Assembly (NCBI GenBank): GCA_951406725.2
Contig: OX597823.1
Location: 49,042,001-49,106,000, forward strand
DNA length: 64,000 nucleotides
Source of the DNA: Octopus vulgaris
Taxonomy: Eukaryota
Reading direction: 5' to 3'
In this document: positions 50,716-64,000 of the stretch, piece by piece
Position numbering within the stretch: position 1 is the stretch's first letter
Layout of the letters: every line of letters begins with the position of its first letter
Program-made: the position numbers and the translations under genes
The notes under the pieces: model-generated
The model's database searches: none
Told to the model about the DNA's origin: nothing
What the model saw: only the letters and a program-made list of their open reading frames with translations

Positions 50716-51199
50716 TGTATGTATGCATGTATGAGTGTATGCTTATTAGCAATAATAATAAAAGAAATGAAGAAATTGTTTCTTTGTTTATTTATAAACA
50801 AGAAAGTCTTCAGGTTTCCCAGAGAAATAAAAGGAAAGAAAATGAAAGTGTTCTGCATGCCCTCATTCAGTGTCCGGGCATTGCTGACTTGGGTAATGTC
50901 GAACAGCTCCTGTCACATGTGGGACAGATCCATGTGTCAGCGGAGACTGAGAAATTGTAACTTAACAAAAATATAGAAAGAGAAAGAAAAGATTGTATTC
51001 GAAAGCCAAAAGATGTTTTTTGGCTGAGGTGTAATTTCATAGTTAAAACATATTAAAAATTTAAATTTCAGAACGTAAGACTTAACATGTTATCTGGTGC
51101 ATGGCTGAATTCAAATGGGTAGAAGACCTAAAACAAATGTGTGTGTGTGTTTGTATGTGTGTGTGTGTGTGTTTGTGTATGTATGTGTGTGTTTGTATG

Positions 51200-51261
<62 letters not shown>

Positions 51262-51932
51262 GTGTGTGTATGTGATTGGGCCTTTAATAGCCAGGGGTCA
51301 TTTTCAGTTCAATTGTAGAAAGGAATTCAAAGGAATTCAGCTACTCCCTCTCACTCTCTCTCTCTTTCTTTCTCACTTCCTCTCTCCTTTGCTCAACACA
51401 TACATCAAATGTAAGTATCTTAATTTTCCCATTAAGATTGTTGCTGCTTTGATGGGTGTTGAGAAGTAGTTATACAACACATAGGTGGGGGTTTCAAATC
51501 TCTTCCAGAAATTACAAGAGATCTAGTTAAAAAAATTTTATTTAAGCAACAAAATTTATTTTAGCAATTTCTTTCTCTTAAGCATGACACACACGCCAGG
51601 TATGTACACAAAGCAAATTGGTGTATTAATGTTATTGATAATAATCCCAGGACGAAATTTATAAATATTTTAATGCCTTGCTATGCACGTTTCCACAAAT
51701 CACATGTTTCTTACAGTCCTAATCTGTAATCCTGGGATGATCACATAGTACAGTCCATAGTATCTATGGTTATCAGGTGGAAAATAGTTCATGCTTCATT
51801 TCTTTAGGTGATCAACTGAAGAAATGAACATATGAACTATGATATAGACTATGATCATAAGAAACATGTGATTTGTGGAAATGCATATTGCAATGCATCA
51901 GAATATTTATAAATTCCATAAATGGATTATTA

Positions 51933-51969
<37 letters not shown>

Positions 51970-52737
51970 GATTATTATTATATTTATTCTAAATTATATT
52001 GGCACAGCTTGGTACAACCTCATAAAACTGCTATCGCCAGTTGCTATTATTAGGCTGTAGCCAACAATAATAAAATCGGAGCTCAAAAACATTTATCATA
52101 AACAAACTTACAGGTTATATAAATATAAATATAAGTACATATTTTTATATATATATGTATATATGTGTGTGTATATATATATACACACACACATTATATA
52201 TATATACGTTTTTATTATTGTTTTGCAATTTACTTAATCATCGGTATATTATTGTTATTTTAATTTTGATATCAAAATATAATATTTGATATTTCTATTA
52301 TATGTAATTTTCTAGATGGTGTAATTTAATTGGTCATTTTGAATTGATTAAAGGTGGGGTTTTTTTTAATTTATATATATATTATATTATATTTTGTGAA
52401 ATTTGATTTAGTATTTCTAAATTGAATTTTTCCCTGTAAGTTAAGAATAATATTCCCTCAAATAATTATACATATATATATATATATATTCCAAATTTTG
52501 ATGCAAGACTAGTAATTTCCAGGGTGAGGATAAGTCAATTAGTTTGAATCCAGTACTCAACTGGTGTTTATTTCATCGACCTTGAAAGGATGAAAGGTAA
52601 AGTCAACTTTGAAGGAATTTGAACTCTGAACACAAAGACAGACAAAATACCACTAAACATTTTGCCTGATATGCTAATGATTCTGCCAGCTCAACACTGT
52701 ATATAATACATATTAAATATGTATAAAATATATGTAC

Positions 52738-52802
<65 letters not shown>

Positions 52803-54335
52803 AGAGAGAGAGAGAGAGATACATTTGCACTCTGGCATACACACATATGTATATAATATATACACACATATACGTGTACATGTATGTCTGTATATTCATA
52901 TGTATGCATACATGTATGTATATATATATATATATGTATCTATACATGTGTATATATATATATATCAAGTCATAAATGACAGATTTAAATTATATATATA
53001 TAAATATATATGTGTGTGTCTTTATATATATATATGTATAATATATAATATATAATATATATAAATATATATGTATATATAATATATAGGTGGTGCATCA
53101 GCATGGGCGCAGCGCTGAGCTGAAACTAGAGAGAGAAAAAAATAGGGAGAATTCACAAAAAAAAAACAAAAGACGAAGACAGGTAGTGTAGAGAACAAAC
53201 AGATGTATTAGTTTAATGCTCGGGAAGTGAAAAAGTGGACTGGTGCAACAGGAAATAAAGGTTCTTACTCAAGGACACAACACATCACCGAGAACTGAAC
53301 CCACAAACTTATGATCATGAGCTGAATACCCTAACCACCATGCCATGCATTTTCAGTACTTTAATAAAAAGAAATAAATATAAACATGTCTACATTTAAT
53401 TAGTTAATAGATTTCTTAATTATTTGTTCAACTAAATATGATTATACGAAATACAATTACCAGTTTAAACTTACATGTACGTGCACATATATATTCTTTT
53501 CCACTCTAGGTACAAGGCCTGAAATTTGTGGGGAGGGGGCCAGTCAATTATATCGACCCCAGAACGCAACAAGTACTTAATTTATCTATCCCGAAAGGAT
53601 GAAAGGCAAAATCGACCTCAGCAGAATTTGAACTTAGAATGTAAAGACAGACAAAATACCACTAAGCATTTTGCCTGGAGTGCTTATGTTTCTGCCATCT
53701 CGCTGCCATGCACATATATATATATTGCATATACACATATATATGAATATGTGTGTGTGTGTGTGTGTGTGTGAATGTGTGTTTGTGTGTGTGCTTGTAT
53801 GTTTTTGTGCTAGTGCCATAATGCCTGTTAAACTGAACATGAAAAAGGCTTGCACTTGAATTTTAATTTTATTCTCTATAAATACACACCTAGCATCGCA
53901 TGTGAAAGCATATGTCATTATTGATGAGTATATGAGTACATGTGTAAATCTATATGGGTGCATGTTTATACAAAATTTTGTGCACGTGTAGATTGGTATG
54001 TATTTACATCGTCATATACGTACAGCAATTTACATTTTATAGATTAGCTAGCTTATTAAAATCCTTAAATATGTTTATTTGTAAAGTGAATGATTTACAT
54101 AAGAAAAATTTATCGAAATTTCTCATTTCCCAATAACCACACCCCATTACCTTCAACACTTGATAAGGCAAAAAAAAAAAATTCTATGACTAATGTTACT
54201 TCTGAAAAAAAAAACAAAAAAATCAAAATAATATAAAAACGAAGTTTTAAATAAATAATGTACGATAAAATTGATTGTTTTATAGTTATGGCTCATGAAA
54301 ACAAGATCAAGTTCAATAATCATTAGAATAGCTCC

Positions 54336-54339
<4 letters not shown>

Positions 54340-54410
<71 letters not shown>

Positions 54411-55181
54411 GTATCATCATCATCATCACTTTTTTCTAATTATCTTTTAGCTCAATCTTCTCAAGACAAATATTTATAATGCTTAAAAATCTATTTTGCA
54501 ACAGTTATCGCAAGACATTCTACTATTGTTTGTCTACATGAATAGCAAAAAGGAAATTATTTTATCTGTAATCTTAATTTACTCAAAGAATATTCAACGC
54601 AAAACTTTTGTTTGATTGTTCATATTTTTATCTTAATTCCTATTCCGTAGATCAAAAGAAATTGTATTAAATGGAAGAGATTTATCTCGAGAGTGAGAGG
54701 GAATATTCTCATCATTTAACGATATAGACAAAATTTTTATAATAACTCAAATGATCCAAAGTTAAGAAAATAAAGTACATATGGCTCTTTCGTTTTAATC
54801 ACATATATTTGGAAAAATAAAATAAGTAAAATGTAAAACAAAAATAAATAAATAAAATTTTTACATTTTAAAAATAAAATATCTAAAAAAAAAAATACAA
54901 AAAATAAATAAAATCCCCAAGATTTCCTAGACGTCAAAATATACCTTTACTTTTTATTTTTAAGCTTAAAATAAGCCACATTGATTCTGCTGTATGAAAA
55001 GACCTAATTAATATTAGATAGCTGAACAATATAGCCAATATCTTCCTCAATCTTTTACATGTCTAATTATCTTTAATAAATGAATTATCTTTAAAAAAGA
55101 GAAATGAATTCACAATTGATTTCATTATAAAAATGGGACAACTAACTATATCTTTCTTCCCTCATTATTATTATTATTATA

Positions 55182-55243
<62 letters not shown>

Positions 55244-55262
55244 TATTATCATTATCATTATT

Positions 55263-55325
<63 letters not shown>

Positions 55326-55415
55326 TCTATTTCCCAATTTTCATTTTTAGCAAAATTTTTCACTCTTTAATTTAATTTATTTATTATTGTCATTATCATT
55401 ATCATTTTGTTGTTG

Positions 55416-55464
<49 letters not shown>

Positions 55465-55512
55465 CATTATTATTATCATTATCATCATCATTATTGTTAT
55501 TATTATTATTAC
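54340..55512. repeat. (AAT)n/(ATT)n tracts at 54340-54409 and 55164-55512
   Basis: Direct reading; poly-N/I/Y pseudo-ORFs. Confidence 0.9.
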
Positions 55513-56133
55513 TACTACTATTATTATTATTAGTGTTTTTTTAGCAATGGAAAAATAAACAAAAGTCACACAATAGCTTTTGTCATATTTTTATTTTCTA
55601 GCCTGAATAAGGCTTATTTATAAAAAAAAACTATAAAATTGAAATTTACATTATCTTATTTAAGGAAAGAAATTTATAAAGATTTTTATCAAACAATCCC
55701 ACACCTAACCACTACCCCACTCCTTCGCTCACCACCTTCATTGGTTGGGTGATATTAACAGTCACAACAAGTACCTCAGATAACATTCACTATTTAGAAA
55801 TTAAATTAAAAATAAAAATATATAAAAAAAGAATAATTATAAGCAACAACAATACCAACAACAAAATGAATTTAATATCTATATTGAATTATTGTGTGTT
55901 AAAGAATTACACATTTAAGATCTGACTAGACAAGATGAAGCGATGAGAGAAAACTGCTAAAAATAATTGTTTGTTTGTCGTGTACTTAGTTCAATTGGGA
56001 ATAATTACTTTTACAAGTTTTCTGTAAAAACTAAAGATAGAACTGAATAATGCATATGCATGAAAATAAACATGTAAACAAATACACCCACATCCCATAC
56101 CCATATATGTGTGTGTGTATGTATATATATATA

Positions 56134-56188
<55 letters not shown>

Positions 56189-56238
56189 GTATATATATAT
56201 ATATGTATGTATATATGTGTGTATATATATATATATAC

Positions 56239-56279
<41 letters not shown>

Positions 56280-56574
56280 TATAAAAATTATATATAAAGA
56301 AACAAGAACGTAAAATACACAAAGGGACGAACACAGAAAACAGATATATATATATTTGTATGTTCATCTATACATGTATTATATATGTAGACATGTGCGC
56401 AAACATATATCCATTCATACACACACACACACACACAGAAATATATACACATATATTAACATGTATGTATATCTATACATACATATCCATACATGCATAA
56501 ATACATATATATATGTGTGTGCTTGTGTGTGTATGTATGTATGTGTGTGTCTGTGTGAGTGTGTGTGTAAGAGA

Positions 56575-56870
56575 GCAAATGGCATGGTGGTTAAGGTGTT
56601 ACACTCATGGGCATGAGATTGTGGTTTCAATTCCTAGACCAGGTTGCGCATTGTGTCCTTCAACAAACACTTTATCTTCCATTGTTCTGTGATCACTTTG
56701 ACACCTGACATGTGGTACATCGTGCACCTGTTCAGACAATGTCGATTTGATGAAGAGTGGGAACTAATTTACAGCACAAGCATTTGGTCACTATAAACAA
56801 ATCATTTGTGCAGGTCATTCAACAAAAAGCTAATCATCCACACATCATCATTGACAGGAGATTCCATCAT
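56575..56870 (+). mobile_element. tRNA-derived SINE (C/D-like head, distinct body); second copy 58053-58330
   Basis: Shared body tgtggtacatcgtgcacctgttcagacaa.gtc.atttgatg and tail ga.tccatcat. Confidence 0.75.
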
Positions 56871-57197
56871 ATGTATATATGCATGTATGTATGTATGTAT
56901 GTACGTACATATGCACTTATGCATGTAAATACATATGTGCATATGTATGTATATGAATTTGTGTTTGTGTGTGCATGTGCGTGTATATTCTTTTATTCTT
57001 TTATTCGTTTCAGTCATTTTGACTGCGGCCATGCTGGAGCACCACCTTTAGTCGAGCAAATCGACCCCAGGACTTATTCTTTGTAAGCCTGGTACTTATT
57101 CTATCGGTCTCTGATGCCAAACCGCTAAGTTACTGGGACGTAAACATACCAGCATCGATATCAAGCGATGTTGGGAGACACACACACACAAACAGAT

Positions 57198-57233
<36 letters not shown>

Positions 57234-57390
57234 CATTAATTGAAAAATCTTAGGGTAGCAAAAATATTTATTGAAAAATTCTTAGCTACCTGTGTTCTAG
57301 CAAGAAGAAAAAATTTAGTCAATAGACTATACATTATTCATAGAATATATATATATATACATACATATATATATATACATATATATATAC

Positions 57391-57484
<94 letters not shown>

Positions 57485-57506
57485 ATATATATATATATAT
57501 ATAATA

Positions 57507-57880
57507 AAAGACAAGATAGAAAATGCTAAACTAATTTTATCATGAAGATCATTTATCTTTGTGACTTTTTCAACTTAGTGTAAAGCATGAAAAACAATTA
57601 AATGAAAGCCAAGAACTCATATCAAATATTAGGACTGCTTCTACCTGTTACCAAGCCCTCACAGGAGTTAAAAAGAGAGACAGAGACAGACAGAAAAAAA
57701 GGAAAATGTCCCTTGCATTTGAAAACTATGGAAATATTTCAAAAAACATTTTATTTAATTTTTCTCCAATTTAATTGCTTTTCTTGCTTTACTCTAAGAT
57801 GAAAAAGTAGCAAGGACTAAAACCGATACTAAAATGTTCTTCATGATAAAATTATTTTAGCATTTTCTACCTTGTCTTAT
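57507..57880. mobile_element. Element with ~50-bp inverted terminal arms in (TA)n (pLTR-like relic)
   Basis: aagacaagatagaaaatgctaaactaattttatcatgaagatcattt vs aaatgttcttcatgataaaattattttagcattttctaccttgtctt. Confidence 0.65.
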
Positions 57881-57993
57881 TTTCTTATACATATCAACTC
57901 ATGTGTACCTTTTCAACCTTATATATATATATATATATATATATAAATATATAAATACACATCTCTTTCTCTCTCTCTTTTTCTATCTATCTA

Positions 57994-58042
<49 letters not shown>

Positions 58043-58633
58043 TATATATATGAGAGCACATGGCTTAGTGGATAGCAATTATGATTTCAATTCCTAGACC
58101 AGGTGGTGCTATTGTGTTGTTGAGCAAAACACTTCCCTCACGTTGCTCTGCAATCATTTCGACACTTGATGTGTGGTACATCGTGCACCTGTTCAGACAA
58201 CGTCAATTTGATGGAGAAAGTGAGCAAAAGTGCAGCATAAACACTTGATTATCATGAACAAATCACTTGTGCAGGCTGTTAAGCAAAAAGCTGAACACTC
58301 ATACATCATCTTTGATGGGAGAGTCCATCATATTTATATATATATATATGTGCATGCATGTATGTATATATATGTGTTTCTGTGTGTGTGAGTGTATATA
58401 TATGGTGGCGAGCTGGCAGAATCATTAGCATGCCGGGTGAAATGCTTCGCAGTATTTCATCTGCCGTTACATTCTGAGTTCACGTTCTGCCAAGGTTGAC
58501 TTTGCCTTTAATCCTTTTGGGAGGAAGGGATTAAATAAGTACCAGTTATGCACTGGGGTTGATGTAATCGACTTAATCCCTTTGTCTGTCCTTGTTTGTC
58601 CCCTCTGTGTTTAGCCCCTTGTGGGCAATAAAG

Positions 58634-58684
<51 letters not shown>

Positions 58685-58688
<4 letters not shown>

Positions 58689-59730
58689 GTGCATCACTTT
58701 TTTGAGGATACCTCTTTCAAGAGTTCTAATTTTCTCCTAATTAACATTTTTCTTTACTTTTCAGATAAATAATATCAAACATCAGGTTAACTTGGGAAAT
58801 AAAAAGGCAAGCTGTAATTATTGCCTTAAAAATGCAGCAGTGTGATACAGAGTTTGTTAGTTTCCTGAAAGTTGCCTGATACTTCATTGTCAAAGTTGGA
58901 AAGAAGTTGGGACGCAGCTGAAGGGATACAGCATCATTAGTTAAAGGCAAAATGCATGCACAAGGTCCCATACCATCAGAAAATTATGCTTTGCATGAAA
59001 ATGTTCAAGAAACAATTGATAAAATTCCTGGAAATTCAATCAGAGCCATTTCAAAAGATGTTAAAATATCAGAATGCACCATCAGAAGAGTTGTGGATGA
59101 GGACATCTGCACCGAGCTGTATGAGATGCAAGGGGGTTAGTTTATGTCAAATATGACAAGAGAGAATTGTTTGATCCATGCAAAGTGCTTGGCTAAACAA
59201 TTTAAAACACCATGAGGCTGGAATGCTTTGGCTTTTTCTCTAATGAGCAAAACTTTGATCAGGACCAAAAGGTAAACTGAAGGAAAAAACAGATGGTTAT
59301 GCAAAGACTCAAATGAGGTTCCAGTAGTCATGCATACTAAATTCCCTGCAACTCTGATGGTTTTGGGAGTTATCAGCAATGAGGGAGATGCCACACCTCC
59401 TCACTTTTTTTCGTAGGGCTTAAGAGTCAATGCTGCTGTCTACATAAAGATGCCAGAGAAGGCTCTGGATACACAGAGTATGCAATAGAAAACCGTACAT
59501 CTTCCAACAAAACTTTGCATTGTCTCATTAGGCAAGGACAACCCAAGTATGTCAATCTCCACGATCATGCTCATCTAAACATGTGGCCTCCTAGCTCACC
59601 AGAACTCAATCTAATGAATTGTTGCATATGTGGCATAGTCAAGAGAGAGAGGTCAATCAACACCCCCATAACACCATACAATCACCCATGTCTGCCATTA
59701 CCATGTCTAAAATTGATAAAGTTCATCTGA
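58685..59730 (+). mobile_element. Decayed Tc1/mariner element, maT/DD37D-like, right end missing
   Basis: Starts TA|cagagtgc; relics SIRAISKDVKISECTIRRVV (HTH), MHTKFPATLMVLGVISNEG, WPPSSPELNLM. Confidence 0.75.
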
Positions 59731-59746
59731 TTCCGGCAAACATTCT

Positions 59747-59783
59747 GTACTGAGGACAGGAAGGAACCCAGAAACCGGTATAC
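59747..59783 (+). ncRNA. Minimal hammerhead motif (stem II CpG-decayed); second copy 60844-60886
   Basis: gua CUGAGGA cagg-aaggaa-ccca GAAA ccgg UA uac with palindromic ACCGGU; the second copy has a 6-bp stem I ccggua/uacugg but CUGAGAA. Confidence 0.65.
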
Positions 59784-60152
59784 TCATTTTACTTTGCTGG
59801 AGGGAGGATGGTTTGTTCCCTTGCTCATAATAAAACAGGTGCAGGTTGAGTGTCGTTAGATAGTGGGAATAGATGTTTTCCTGCAGTTAAAATATAGTAA
59901 CATTTTTTACATTTGATGGATATTTGTCCTCATCGATAATGATGATGATGATGATGATGATTAAACTGAGTAAACCTGGTACTTTATTGATAATTGTCCC
60001 CTTTTTTCATGTAAAACTGAGAGGTATGGTTTTTTGAATTATAGGAAGATTTGGCTGCTATTTTTAGCAGATTAAGTGATCATATATAGATGTGCATTAT
60101 TTACATTATTTACATTTTTGATGGATGTTTGTTCTCGTCTTGTTTGTTGTTA

Positions 60153-60196
60153 ACACATCGTTTCGGCTGATATACCCTCTAGCCTTCATCAGGTGT
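60153..60196 (-). ncRNA. Minimal hammerhead motif; inverted degenerate copy at ~60511-60554(+)
   Basis: Minus strand acac CUGAUGA a ggcu-agaggguauauc-agcc GAAA cg AU gugu; the + copy keeps GUU-gugu, so the two copies combine to GAAACGUU. Confidence 0.65.
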
Positions 60197-60246
60197 CTTG
60201 GGGAAATTTCAAACCTGGGTTCTCATTCCTAAGATATTTTTTGATC

Positions 60247-60355
<109 letters not shown>

Positions 60356-60370
60356 CATTATTATTATTCA

Positions 60371-60443
60371 GGTCACTGCCTAGAACCAAACTCGGAATCT
60401 TGGGGTTAGTAGCCTGCGCTCTTAACCACTATGCGATATGCCC
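60371..60443 (-). other. tRNA-like Pol III promoter head between inverted HHR-bearing arms
   Basis: Minus strand gggcatatcgcatagtggttaagagcgcaggctactaaccccaagattccgagtttggttctaggcagtgacc: A-box-like TAGTGGTTAAG, degenerate B box, tRNA length. Confidence 0.65.
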
Positions 60444-61275
60444 ATTATTAATAATAATAACATCGAAAAATACCTTAGGAATGAGAACCCAGGTTTTAAA
60501 TTTGCCCAAGACACCTGATGAAGACTGGAGGGTATATCAGCTAAAATGTTGTGTTAACAGTAAACAAGATGATGACCAACATTCATCAAATGTAAATAAT
60601 GTAAATAAAGTACAGAATTCCTCATCTCTTAAATATAGAACTATAGTAATATTTGTTCTGCATAGAACGACCACATATAAGTGGCAACAGCCTATACTGT
60701 TTAGTACTGTTACTATGTGAATCTCTTTCAGAGATTTAAAACCAGCTACTTTATCTTGTTTCAAGGCCAGCAATGCATAGTTACTTCTTTGTTTATATAG
60801 TGTGAGCAAGGATGAACAGCTGCCATCTCTCGAAGGCAAACGTCCGGTACTGAGAACAGAAAGGAATCCAGAAACCAGTATACTGGTTTCCCTTTGCTGG
60901 AGTAGTTTGCTCACAATAAAACAGATACAAGTTGTGTGTCATTAGCCAGCAGAAAAAGATGTTTTCCTGGGGTTGAAATTTAGTAACATTTGTTCTGCAT
61001 AGAACAGCCATGTAAAAGTGGCAACAACCTTTACTATATCAGTGCAGGTTGGCATATGATGGCATTACCAAAGTGAAAAGAAAGGCTGTGTAGAAAAGAT
61101 ACATGACTGTAGAAAAGTATCAAGTCGTAGGAGTGGCTGTGTGGTAAGTAACTTGCTTATGAACCACATGGTTCCAGGTTCAGTCCTACTGCATGGCACC
61201 TTGAGCAAGTGTCTCCAAAACCTTATGAGTGGATTTGGTAAACGGAAACTGAAAGAAGCCTGTCGTATATATATG

Positions 61276-61336
<61 letters not shown>

Positions 61337-62908
61337 GTGTATACGTTTGTGTGTCTGTGTTTGTCCCCCCAACATCGCTTGACAACCGATGCTGATGTGT
61401 TTACATCCCCATAACTCAGCAAAAGAGACTGATAGAATAAGTACTAGGCTTACAAAGAATAAGTCTGGGGGCGGTTTGCTCGACTAAAGGCTGTGCTCCA
61501 GGGTGGCCACTGTCAAATGACTGAAAAAAGTAAAAGAGTATGTAATATTTAAGCCTGATATAGCAGGTTTAAATGTGAAAGGGGGAAAAGAACTAAATAG
61601 GTTATAAGTCTATAAGTCATCTGCTTAAAGTGATTGGCAATGTTTATCTTGTAGCTGGTGTTTCACCATATAAACAGCTCAGTTCATCTAGCTGTATACA
61701 GATATACTAGAGTACAGCTATAGTACTAAGACAATGAGAAAGACAAATCTACCTCAAATTGCATAAATACTATTTAATATTAAGGAACATACAAGGTGGT
61801 TAGCTGGCAGAGTTGCAACCATGCTGGGTAAAATGCTTAGCAGCATTTCGTCTATCTTTACATTCTGAGTTCAAATGCTGCCATGGTAGACTTTGCCTTT
61901 CATCCTCTCAGGGTCAATGAAATAATTACAAGATGAGCATTGGGATTGATGTAATCAATTTAACCCCTTCCTCAAAATTGCTGGTCTTGTTGCCAAAATT
62001 TGAAGCCAATATTGATGAACATATGTATTCTTAGATATTCTATGTTGGGAAAAACAGAATTTTGTTGTGTCTAGTTAGTTGGATATTTAACCAATTGACT
62101 AATAATAAAGGAGTGGAATTGAACCAGTGTGTGAGTTAATAATATTGGCATAATGACTCTTCTTAGACACAACAAAATTTGTTTCAAGACATGAATTCAT
62201 ATAAAGAATCTTTCATACCAGATATAAAAATGAAGTAAAAATAAAAACATAACTGTTATTATGTGAATGTCTTTGATAATAAGTCTGTTCAACTTGGAAT
62301 GATTTGAGATTAAGTAACTATGATATGACAACAAATACACTGTTGCATCCAACAGTATATAACTAATAAATACTCTATTTCTTTGATGTTCTAGAAAGTT
62401 CAGTTTCTCCCCAGAGGTATATATTGGAGAGGGGCGTTCTTGTAAAGTCAATGGGGTTGCACGTTTTAACAGTTACCTCTGATTGCAAAAGGTCAACAAA
62501 TTCACTATATCAACTCAGTAAGAAGTACTAATTTAATTTACATCATCATCATCATTATCACCCAGTACCAACAAAAACAATAACAACGACACCTTCACCA
62601 GCAGCAGCAACACCACCACCACCACCATCATCATCACCATTATGATGCAGCTGCCACTGTGAGTACACTGCCACCAGCAACAACACCAGCACTATCCCTG
62701 TTCTTACAACAACAAGAACAACTTCTGTTTCACCTGATTACATTAAACCATCTTTAATTTCCTTTCACAATGAATGCCTTAAACCAATGGTTTCCATTTA
62801 CACTCTTTACAGTTCATATTTCCAACATTCTAAAACATCAAATCCATTCAACTAAAATAACTCCTAACCAATAATATATCTTACTAGGGTCACTTTCTCA
62901 CTCTCCCA

Positions 62909-62951
<43 letters not shown>

Positions 62952-64000
62952 CATACATATATAAGCAAAAAAGCTAGTTCTAAAATCTCTCTAAGAGATC
63001 AACGTAGTAGTTGTACTAACAATTAATGTTCTTAGCTACTTCAACACAGCTATTCCATTTGAACGGACTTTACTGGGATTTTTTATACTCCAAGAGGACA
63101 TCTCCTGTAGCTGGTTAACAACGCACAGCTGCTTTCGATATATAGTTCCCTCACCTGTCTTCATCTTTTGTTCTCTATAAATTTGAACCACACACACATA
63201 CACATATATGTATATATATATAAACCATTAGAAGTCAGGAGGTATGAGAGGTGAATACATTTATTTAATCATTTGTTATCCTTAGGATTACAACCATCTC
63301 ACAGCCCTCATCATGTAATAATAATTTCAATGTATAATAAATTATTCTATATGTCTACACCAATATGCATACTACACATTGTACAGTACAATTGTTTACT
63401 TACACATCAACACTGATGAAGTAGGCTAGCTCATCAGATCAGCAGAACATCATGATTACACCAATACTTCAACTCTACTTATACATTACAAATTTTCCTT
63501 TATATACACAATGTATGGAAGACTGATACTAGATAAAATTAGCATAGCATGGTTATAAAATAAATAAATATAAATAATAAATAATAAATATATTTGGTAT
63601 CATATCATTTAAGATGGTGGGTCTAAGTTTAGGAAAATGACTATCTTTAATGTAAACAAAAGTCAGGAAAGGGATATGAGAGGAAGTAAAGTGGTTAAAT
63701 TAAATGATTTTTTTTAGGAAGTATTCAAAATACTTATAAAAATTATAAATATACATACATAGGATGGCTGTGGTAAGTAGCTTGCTAACCAACCACATGG
63801 TTCCAGGTTCAGTACCACTGCATGGCAACTTGGGCAAGTGTCTTCTACTATAGCCTCAGCTGACCAAAACCTTGTGAGTGGATTTGGTAGACGGAAACTG
63901 AGAAAATCCCGGTGTATATATCTATATATATAAAACTGTAGTTGTGTGAGTGTCTGTCCCCTTCGATTTAGATTCCTAACTACTCCCACATTTTGCAGTG

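Noticed and set aside
60371-60443. Functional tRNA gene (also applies to SINE heads at 10906, 11605, 27002)
   Set aside because: Acceptor and T stems do not pair properly and the sequences continue into repeat bodies; tRNA-derived only.
63285-63480. Hammerhead-like fragments (ctcatcatgtaa near 63307; ctgatgaagtagg near 63413)
   Set aside because: Core boxes are broken or GAAA is absent; cannot be distinguished from chance.

Overview
AT-rich, microsatellite-dense eukaryotic (animal) non-coding DNA. The tRNA-derived SINE families and (TA)n/(CATA)n load resemble an octopus/coleoid cephalopod genome (inference). No host gene can be called with confidence, and almost all short ORFs in the track are simple-repeat artefacts. 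The only intact coding unit is a young L1/Tx1-type LINE on the minus strand (43574-48135): a 5'-truncated CCHC ORF1, an intact 1128-aa APE+RT ORF2 and a perfect 16-bp TSD. There are decayed Tc1/mariner elements (mariner, DD41D, maT-like), a Chapaev3-like remnant, RTE, R4/Dong-like and Penelope RT fragments, MITEs and dozens of SINE copies. The most striking signal is a set of hammerhead-ribozyme (HHR) bearing elements. These include a 362-bp tandem/inverted retrozyme-like array whose type I HHR has a U3-A8 core variant (21543-23190), a ~345-bp palindrome with a minimal HHR on each strand (17759-18103), a tRNA-head plus HHR composite inserted with an apparent TSD into another HHR dimer (59735-61030), and several more distinct minimal or degenerate HHRs. 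All folds were read by eye, not computed.
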